64,000 bases of DNA, from the NCBI GenBank assembly GCA_951406725.2, contig OX597817.1, positions 51,460,001 to 51,524,000 of the forward strand, written 5' to 3'. This stretch comes from Octopus vulgaris. Its lineage: Eukaryota. Position numbers and translations under genes: made by a program. The notes under the pieces are model-generated. The model had not been told where the DNA came from. It did no database searches and was given only the letters and a program-made list of their open reading frames with translations. Positions 57,354 through 64,000 of this stretch are shown here, piece after piece; positions within the stretch are counted from its first letter, which is position 1; every line of letters begins with the position of its first letter.

Positions 57354-57362
<9 letters not shown>
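56774..57362 (-). mobile_element. About 550-bp non-coding hammerhead element with a 42-bp terminal direct repeat (retrozyme-like / PLE pLTR-derived)
   Basis: 'atttaaataatgagggagataaattaatattaattttaatat' at both 56774 and 57321, (TA)n on both sides, internal hammerhead. Confidence 0.8.
57043..57119 (-). ncRNA. Type I hammerhead ribozyme with canonical core
   Basis: aatgca-CTGATGA-agcc...ggcc-GAAA-CC-ga-GG-TA-tgcatt: 6-bp stem I and a GUA site. Confidence 0.85.
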
Positions 57363-57380
<18 letters not shown>

Positions 57381-57388
<8 letters not shown>

Positions 57389-57510
57389 TAGAAAAAAAAC
57401 ACCTTTAATCAATTCAATAATGAAAAATTAAATTACATCTAGAAATAGATGATGTAATTTAATTTTTCATTATTGAATTCATAAAAGATGGGTTTTTTTC
57501 TAATTTATAT
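57381..57510. repeat. Hairpin with about 55-bp arms
   Basis: 'aattcaataatgaaaaattaaattacatc' versus 'gatgtaatttaatttttcattattgaatt'. Confidence 0.85.
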
Positions 57511-57611
57511 ATATATTTATATATATATTATTTTGTGAAATTTGATTTAGTATTTCTAAATTGAAAATTTCCCTGTAAGTTTGGAATAATATTCCCTCAC
57601 GTTATTATTAT

Positions 57612-57992
57612 TATTCTATGTTTGACTTTTGCTTTACATTTGCACAAGCTGGCTCCAAGTCTCAATCAGAGACCTCAAGAGACAAATTAGAAGTTCTTGT
57701 TGATGTTATGCCTAGGTTACCATATATTTGGTTTTGTACTTAGTGCTGTACTAGTCAATGCCTAAACAACCATACGAAAATTATGTTTGTTTTAAAACAT
57801 GAGATTACATAGAAAGTATTTTGCGTAGGATATGAGCAGTTCCCATGAGCACTATCTTTTGAATTTCTGCCATTTTGCGGTTTCCTGGTATCTGAGTTAG
57901 GTAGCAATCAGCCCCTTTTGCAATCATTCCCAGGGCACCTATGACAACAGGTATTTTTTTACTCTTCAGGTTCCACATTTTGCTTATTTCTA
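57612..57992 (-). mobile_element. 5'-truncated RLE-type LINE tail in (TAA)n
   Basis: 'EISKMWNLKSKKIPVVIGALGMI...EIQKIVLMGTAHILRKILSM*'. Same family as 22258-22540. Confidence 0.85.
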
Positions 57993-57994
57993 TT

Positions 57995-58026
<32 letters not shown>

Positions 58027-59498
58027 TATATATACATACACATATATGTGTGTGTGTGTGTGTGTGTGTGAGTGTATATATGCGTGTGTGCGCGCGCGTG
58101 TGTGTAAATGTAAGTGTATAGTGCTCTAAGTATACGTAAGTCAGAAAGCAAGGCATTCGCATAGTTTTCAGTACAATGGATGCTCTTTATACACTATTAA
58201 CGATCCACTTCGGAAATGGTGTTATAATACTGCATATTTTATAACTAATGTACACACACACACACACACTCACACATATGCGTTTACATACACACACATA
58301 CATATATATATGCGTGTATGTGTTCGTATATGTGTATGTATATCTATATCTATATATATATATATATATATATATGCGTGCGTGTGTGTGTGTGTATGTG
58401 TGTGTGTGTGTGTGTGTTTGTATGCATGCATGTATGTATGTCATTCTTCAGTTTTATTTCAAAAGAGAAAGAGCTATTTTCTAAACTAGATCCACTCCTC
58501 CTATGTATGCTTGTATGTTCTATTTTTTAAGTGTTATGATTCTTCCACTGGGAAGGGACCCGGTTTCCAACAAAGATAGAAGGCTACATCTTTGGGATGT
58601 AGCTAACACAGACAAATTCACACTTGAAACTTGAGAAAAGACTTGCATATTGTTACTGTTCCACCCACTGATTGCACTTGTAATGTACGAATTATGTGGT
58701 CAATTTCTCTTTCTGAAAATCCCGTTTATCCAAATTCTCCTTTAAGTATTTACTAAGAAAGCCTAGAACTCCAATCATCATTGGTATGAGTATGTATGTA
58801 TGTTTGTATGTTTGTATATAAGAAGTGCTTTCAGGTCAGTTAGGTAACACACAATGAGACTTTATGTGCGAATTTCCGTTTTATATACGCGAAAACACGC
58901 AAATTTCTTTCCTACGTAATCGCAAAATCCTATCTAAATGATGAACAAAAAATCTTGAAGGAAGCTGCGTAATAAAATGACATGAATTCATATAAAACTC
59001 AAACCAAAATTGAAAGTAATTCCAATTCAATTTTGCTTTCGTATGCTCACAAATATCCAGCTATGTGCATGTGAATGTATGCGTGTGTGTATATGTATGT
59101 ATGGATTCATATACCATTATATACATGTACATATATATATGCATATCTATGTTTATACTTTATATATTTATATATTATACTATATGCATATGTGTGTGTG
59201 ATTGTGTATACAGGCAGAAACACATAAACGCACACACGCACACCCACGCACATTCACACACGCACACATATATACGAACTGGATTCAGACTTTCCTTTCT
59301 CGTTCTATTCTGTACAAGAATCTGTTTTCTGCATGTTTGCGAAACATTACGACAATAATAGCATCGACTTTAATGTTGTTCACGTTCTTCATTGAAAATA
59401 TTTTTTTAAAATCCAAATCTTTTCATCTCTATGTATGTCTGTTTGTACCCTTGAGATTATACTCTCTCTCTCTCTCCCTCTCTCACTATATATATATG

Positions 59499-59545
<47 letters not shown>

Positions 59546-59546
59546 G

Positions 59547-59595
<49 letters not shown>

Positions 59596-59612
59596 ATATA
59601 TATGTATGTATG

Positions 59613-59645
<33 letters not shown>

Positions 59646-59837
59646 GTATATATATAGATATATATATATATATGGGTGTGTGTGATAGTGTATAGAAGAA
59701 TATATTAATAAAAAGAATTCCAACCTTGTCTGATTTTCACGTTTTATTTACAATCTTATAATGATATATTATAAGATAATATATTATAATTGAATAAAAT
59801 AAAATGAAATAGTAGAATGTTAAATATTCATTCTGAT

Positions 59838-59882
59838 TGAACTAGTACTTTCATGCATTGAATTCTGCAATCTTCGGGTTCA
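59838..59882 (-). ncRNA. Minimal hammerhead ribozyme (U4C) in the PLE pLTR
   Basis: tgaac-CCGAAGA-t-TGCA-gaattcaa-TGCA-t-GAAA-GTAC-TA-gttca: 5-bp stem I, palindromic loop III, same strand as the RT. Confidence 0.8.
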
Positions 59883-59944
59883 TGTAGTAGTGTTGACAGT
59901 CATGCTTCACAATTTTTGACTGTAGCAAGATGAGTGATTCTGTG

Positions 59945-60061
59945 CTATAAATACAGCTGGGTAGGCTCCAGAGTGCTAGGTTTTGCAAACTGTATTCTGA
60001 CCAATCAGTGTGTAGTATCACTCAATTACTTAAGCTGATTGGTTGGTTGAGCTGATTGGTT
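59945..60061 (-). promoter_or_regulatory. Putative Pol II promoter in the pLTR (CCAAT boxes plus TATA-like element)
   Basis: Two minus-strand CCAATCAGC at about 60033-60059, one plus-strand CCAATCAG at 60001, and minus-strand TATTTATAG at about 59953-59945, about 60 nt upstream of the hammerhead. Confidence 0.4.
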
Positions 60062-60376
60062 TAGGCATCACGCTTTGTTGGACAGGTCAAGAGTCCTGTA
60101 TCTTGACCCTGGCCGAAGCAGCAATTGTTGGGTTATTTTTAGAAATGTTGTAAATATCCTTTGTCAGAGATTTTTATATTTTTATATTTCAATTGTCATC
60201 ATCATCATTGTCAGCACCTTAATTATTGTTGCTAGTGGTGATGGTGGTGGCAATAGAACTTTTAACCCTAAATAAGATAATTTTCCTGCTATCTTCGTCT
60301 TGATCACCTTTAGTATTGTTGTTGTTGTTAGTGGTCATGGTCGTAGCAGTGGAAGTAATACCTCTAAGTATTATTA

Positions 60377-62704
60377 TTATTGCTTATTTAGCTTGGGTTC
60401 GAATTTATCAATAAAATTCTTTTCTCTGATTTTCCTCTCGATTTCACTTGGGCTGTGTAATTTGTAGAATGGAAATATTATATATATTTTCCGACCACAT
60501 GTTGCTAGGTGGTTACTCAAAGGTATCTGACGGACCTCTGGGTCTCTAATCTGTTGCCGGTGTACACGTGAGCGTTCTAATAGTGCGTTTCCCGTCTGAC
60601 CTACATATATTTCTTCACAATTTGGGCATTTGATGCAGTAAATTAAATTTCTGCTTTTGCAGTTCATATTCGCGTTTGTGAATATTTTCCCGGTTTTTGT
60701 GTTTATATATTGACCGGTATGTATGAATTGGCATGTGCCACATCGGCTATCATTGCATTTAGATACCGTGAATGTTTGGTCTTTGTTGCTGAGGTCAAAT
60801 TTTGCCTTTGTTAGTAATGTTTTCAAGTTTTTAGGCTGTCTTTTACTAAGCACCATAGCTCGATCCTTGATTATGTCTTTTAATTCATTACTTTGGGCAA
60901 TGATTGGTAGGTTTGCTTTGGCAATGTTGAAGATATTCTGGTGACATGGGTTGTGTGTCACTATGAATGGTATGACTTGTTCTTGTTTTCCTCTTCCTTG
61001 GGTTGTCCTAAGTTGTTGTATAGGTATTTTTATAGCCCGCTGTATGCCATTTTCTATAAGTAGAGATGGGTATTTTTGTTTGAACAAAAATTCTCTTAGT
61101 TCTATTAGGCGTTTGTTCCTGATATTTGCATCTTCTACAATAGTACAAATTCTTCTGGCTAGGCAGTATGGGATGTTACGTTTTGTATGTGGTGGATGGC
61201 ACGACTTAAAATTTAGGTATTGATGTGTGTCTGTGTGTTTATAGTATATATCTGTGGTGATGGTGGTGTCTTTTTTAATTACCATTATATCCAGGAATGG
61301 TAATTTGGTACTACTCATCTCCTTTGTAAATTTGAGAGATGGGTGTAGGTTGTTCAGGAGGATATTGAACTCTTCCAGAGTATTTAGAGATTCTGTCCAG
61401 ATTATGAAACAGTCGTCTAGGTATCTCTTCCATGCCTTTTCAATATACTTTCTAAATCCAGTGCCATAGTTTACCTCCACCTCTTGGTAGAGTTGTTCTT
61501 CTAAGTATCCCATTACAGAGTTGGCGTAAACGGGAGCAAACCTCGTTCCCATCGCCGTGCCTCTAATTTGGATGTAATTCTTTCCATTGAAGAAGAATGT
61601 GTTATTTTCTAGAATAAGTTTGACTGTGTCTAATATAAATGGCACTGTGAATCTGCTGGGAATCACTTCTCTATCTTTTTCTAACCAGTATTTAATCGCC
61701 TTTATTCCTAAATCGTGTGGAATATTGGTGTAGAGGCTTACCACATCAAAACTTAGTAAAACTGAATTTGTTTCTGTTGTTTTGGGAAGATGGGACAGGA
61801 AGTCGATGTCATCCCTGATGAAACTTGGTATGTAAGTACATAGTGGTTTCAAAACAATGTCAATAAAATTGCTTAGACGGTGTGTAGGGCATGCTGGACC
61901 AGCTATAATAGGTCTAAGTTTTAGGTCTTTTGGATGTAATAATTTTATGTACTCACTTTCTTGTTCTTTTACTGCCTGTTGAATGTTTTTTGATTTGTGT
62001 ATTTTTGGTAAGCCGTAGAAGTTGCTGGGTTTTGGTTCAAAATTGGTGATGTAGTCTTTTTCATTATCCGTAAGTGAGTTGTGGTGTGTTGAAATCAGGT
62101 TGTTGATCTTTTTCATGATGTGGTGGTCTATATTTGCGGGTATTTCACAATAGAAGGTTGTATCCTTCAGTTGGTCTTCAACCAAATCCTTATAGTATTC
62201 GGTATCCATAATAACAATTGCACCACCTTTATCTGCTTGTTTAATTATTATTGTTTGATTGTTTTGTATACGTTTACATGCAGACATCTCTGATTTGCTA
62301 ATGTTTGGCCTAACATTGGTATTGCGTCTAAGGGGAAATTTAGACAGGATATCAATGTATTGGTCAAGGTAGTTATTTCTTCCTTTTGGTGGGGTGAAAT
62401 TTGATTTATTCCTTACTAGGGATTCATCAATCTCATTACTTTTGTTAGCGAAGAATTCTACAAGTCGTAATTTTCGACAGAATTTTTGGATATCCTCCTT
62501 TAATTCTTGGTGGTTGGCTGTTGGTGTAGGTGTGAATTTCAGTCCTTTTGACAGAAGTTGGATTTCATCATTGTCAAGATCTCTTTTTGATAAATTAATT
62601 ATTTTAGGATCTATACGTTCAGTTGTTTGGGGTATGTTTCCTCTTGGATTTTTTCTTTCTCCGGTGTTTGTTGTCCTGACGTAAAAAAATGGATTTTTTT
62701 CTGG
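60377..62704 (-). CDS. PLE reverse transcriptase / GIY-YIG endonuclease (ORF2); first ATG at 62287, frame open from 62704
   Basis: ADKGGAIVIMD, FYGLPKIHK, LRPII, SFDVVSLYTNIP, GTAMG, RYLDD, LPFLD, linker CNDSRCGTC, and LIYCIKCPNCEEIYVGQTG. Manual translation upstream of the ATG gives 139 stop-free codons including IINLS and LLSKGLKFTPTP. Confidence 0.95.
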   Translation of the reverse strand, partial: PEKNPFFYVRTTNTGERKNPRGNIPQTTERIDPKIINLSKRDLDNDEIQLLSKGLKFTPTPTANHQELKEDIQKFCRKLRLVEFFANKSNEIDESLVRNKSNFTPPKGRNNYLDQYIDILSKFPLRRNTNVRPNISKSEMSACKRIQNNQTIIIKQADKGGAIVIMDTEYYKDLVEDQLKDTTFYCEIPANIDHHIMKKINNLISTHHNSLTDNEKDYITNFEPKPSNFYGLPKIHKSKNIQQAVKEQESEYIKLLHPKDLKLRPIIAGPACPTHRLSNFIDIVLKPLCTYIPSFIRDDIDFLSHLPKTTETNSVLLSFDVVSLYTNIPHDLGIKAIKYWLEKDREVIPSRFTVPFILDTVKLILENNTFFFNGKNYIQIRGTAMGTRFAPVYANSVMGYLEEQLYQEVEVNYGTGFRKYIEKAWKRYLDDCFIIWTESLNTLEEFNILLNNLHPSLKFTKEMSSTKLPFLDIMVIKKDTTITTDIYYKHTDTHQYLNFKSCHPPHTKRNIPYCLARRICTIVEDANIRNKRLIELREFLFKQKYPSLLIENGIQRAIKIPIQQLRTTQGRGKQEQVIPFIVTHNPCHQNIFNIAKANLPIIAQSNELKDIIKDRAMVLSKRQPKNLKTLLTKAKFDLSNKDQTFTVSKCNDSRCGTCQFIHTGQYINTKTGKIFTNANMNCKSRNLIYCIKCPNCEEIYVGQTGNALLERSRVHRQQIRDPEVRQIPLSNHLATCGRKIYIIFPFYKLHSPSEIERKIREKNFIDKFEPKLNKQ

Positions 62705-63903
62705 TTATGATTTATATTCCTGTTGATGTTTGCTTGATGAATTTTGCGTTTTGGTTGTGGTACTTTACTTGGTTTCGTTATGTTTTCTGTCTTGTTTTTG
62801 GTATTATGTATGCTACTTTTCAATTTCTTGTTAGCATTGTTTTTAACCACCTGGAGAAATGATCTGGGTTTACTTCTAGATCTAGATCGGTTTTTTGTCC
62901 AGTTTCTTGTGGGTAATCTATGTTGAGGTCTTGAAAATGATCTCCTGTTATTTCTACTGCTAATGGTCTGTTCAAAACAATATCTATTTTGTTTGTGCTT
63001 TTTGTTCATGTTGTGTGCATTAGGGTGTTTGCATACAAAATGGGAAGAGTTCTTACCGTAGTTCGTCTTCGATTCGTGGTGAAACGGGTGTTCATGTTGC
63101 CACGTGTTCTGGTGTATGTTGCGTTGGTGAGGTTGTCCACTTTTAATGCTATTTCTCGGAGTTCTGGTGTCTTTACCGTAATTTGTAGCATATTTGTCGA
63201 GAAATAATTGTTTCCGCTGCCAAAACTTTCTTGATCTGCTTTCTTCTTTTGAGATATCTCTGATCCATAGTTCTCGCATTTTTTCTGCTATATTGCCGGT
63301 CGTTAGTTTGGATATTTCATCTCTGATTTGATCATCGATAGCTTCGTATTTGGCTTTGTAGCGGGATTGTTTAGACAGGGTAATGGAGATGTCGGTCCTG
63401 AATTTTATCAAACTAAGGTCCCATCGAAGTTTAGTTTCTTCCTCTGGTTCTCCTGCAATTTCTTTAATTAGGTACTTCCGAGGAAGTATGGGTGCCGCTA
63501 AAGATATCCATTTCGAATGTATTTCAGCATATTTTTCGCATTTATATGCCTTCCAGAAGTTTTGTTTTCTTATGTTAAGGAGTTTTTTCCATGTCTTCTG
63601 TATCTCTTCTCTTTTTCGGTGTGCCTCTTTTTCCAGATTTCTTTCGTTTATTTCTGACATCCAAGGAGGTTGTGGTAGGCTTTCTCTTGTAGATTTTATA
63701 ATTGTTGGTATCATTTCAGCTAAATTCTTAATTTCAGAGTTTATGTGTTCATTTCCAAGTTTTCCGTCTGTAGACTGTTTTTCTATTTCCTTTAAAATAG
63801 AGGATTGTGTGTCAATCATCGTGATGAGTGTTGATAATTTCGATGAAATTTCCATTAGAATTCTTTCGGATTCTGTTAATTTTGTTTGTTGCTTTCCAGA
63901 CAT
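62611..63903 (-). CDS. PLE ORF1, 430 aa; helical/coiled-coil-like N-terminal part and basic low-complexity tail; function unknown
   Basis: Uninterrupted non-microsatellite ORF inside the pLTR-bounded unit. ATG in a good context (gccaacATG). E/K/I/L-rich first ~240 aa and an R/S/K/N/H-rich C-terminus (RSRSRS). Confidence 0.8.
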   Translation of the reverse strand: MSGKQQTKLTESERILMEISSKLSTLITMIDTQSSILKEIEKQSTDGKLGNEHINSEIKNLAEMIPTIIKSTRESLPQPPWMSEINERNLEKEAHRKREEIQKTWKKLLNIRKQNFWKAYKCEKYAEIHSKWISLAAPILPRKYLIKEIAGEPEEETKLRWDLSLIKFRTDISITLSKQSRYKAKYEAIDDQIRDEISKLTTGNIAEKMRELWIRDISKEESRSRKFWQRKQLFLDKYATNYGKDTRTPRNSIKSGQPHQRNIHQNTWQHEHPFHHESKTNYGKNSSHFVCKHPNAHNMNKKHKQNRYCFEQTISSRNNRRSFSRPQHRLPTRNWTKNRSRSRSKPRSFLQVVKNNANKKLKSSIHNTKNKTENITKPSKVPQPKRKIHQANINRNINHNQKKIHFFTSGQQTPEKEKIQEETYPKQLNV

Positions 63904-64000
63904 GTTGGCATATACACAATAGGAATATAGATATATATATATATGGGTGTGTGTGATTGTGTATAGAAGAATATATTAATAAAAAGAATTCCAACCTTGT

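Larger units (their letters stand above)
59652..64000 (-). mobile_element. Apparently intact two-ORF Penelope-like retroelement with terminal direct repeats (pLTRs); runs off the window
   Basis: RT plus GIY-YIG ORF, upstream 430-aa ORF, and a hammerhead in the pLTR. The repeat 'tatgggtgtgtgtgat.gtgtatagaagaatatattaataaaaagaattccaaccttgt' occurs at 59671 and 63942 (period 4271 bp). The 3' end lies in a TA-rich microsatellite. Confidence 0.95.

Noticed and set aside
60377-62704. Selenocysteine (in-frame UGA) recoding, as reported for some PLEs
   Set aside because: The RT/endonuclease frame has no internal stop codon.
63383-63922. 179-aa plus-strand ORF and other antisense ORFs over the PLEs
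   Set aside because: They are antisense shadows of the A-rich coding strand with no recognisable motifs.

Overview
This is AT-rich eukaryotic intronic or intergenic DNA, saturated with (TA)n, (CA)n, (GATA)n and (TAA)n microsatellites. The repeat landscape looks like an octopus genome; this is an inference from recognised SINE, LINE and microsatellite content. No host gene exon could be supported, and nearly all ORF-track entries are translated microsatellites. The real coding content is transposon-derived: (1) an apparently intact 4.27-kb Penelope-like retroelement (PLE) at about 59.65-64.0 kb on the minus strand, with terminal direct repeats and a hammerhead ribozyme; (2) a second, frameshifted, 5'-truncated PLE at 46.2-48.5 kb with its own hammerhead; (3) mariner relics, non-autonomous Helitrons, RTE, CR1-like and RLE-type LINE tails, TTAGGG-containing foldback elements and three or four tRNA-SINE families. 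Two observations stand out. First, the intact PLE has two ORFs: a 430-aa ORF1 overlaps an AUG-less 5' extension of the RT/GIY-YIG frame in the -1 phase across an in-phase U UUU UUU heptamer, suggesting a gag-pol-like frameshift or a splice acceptor. Second, about 15 minimal type I hammerhead motifs from several sequence-distinct families, with C3-G8, U3-A8 and G3-C8 core covariation, sit in short microsatellite-flanked non-autonomous elements, several as inverted foldback pairs. All alignments and folds were done by eye, so boundaries are approximate.
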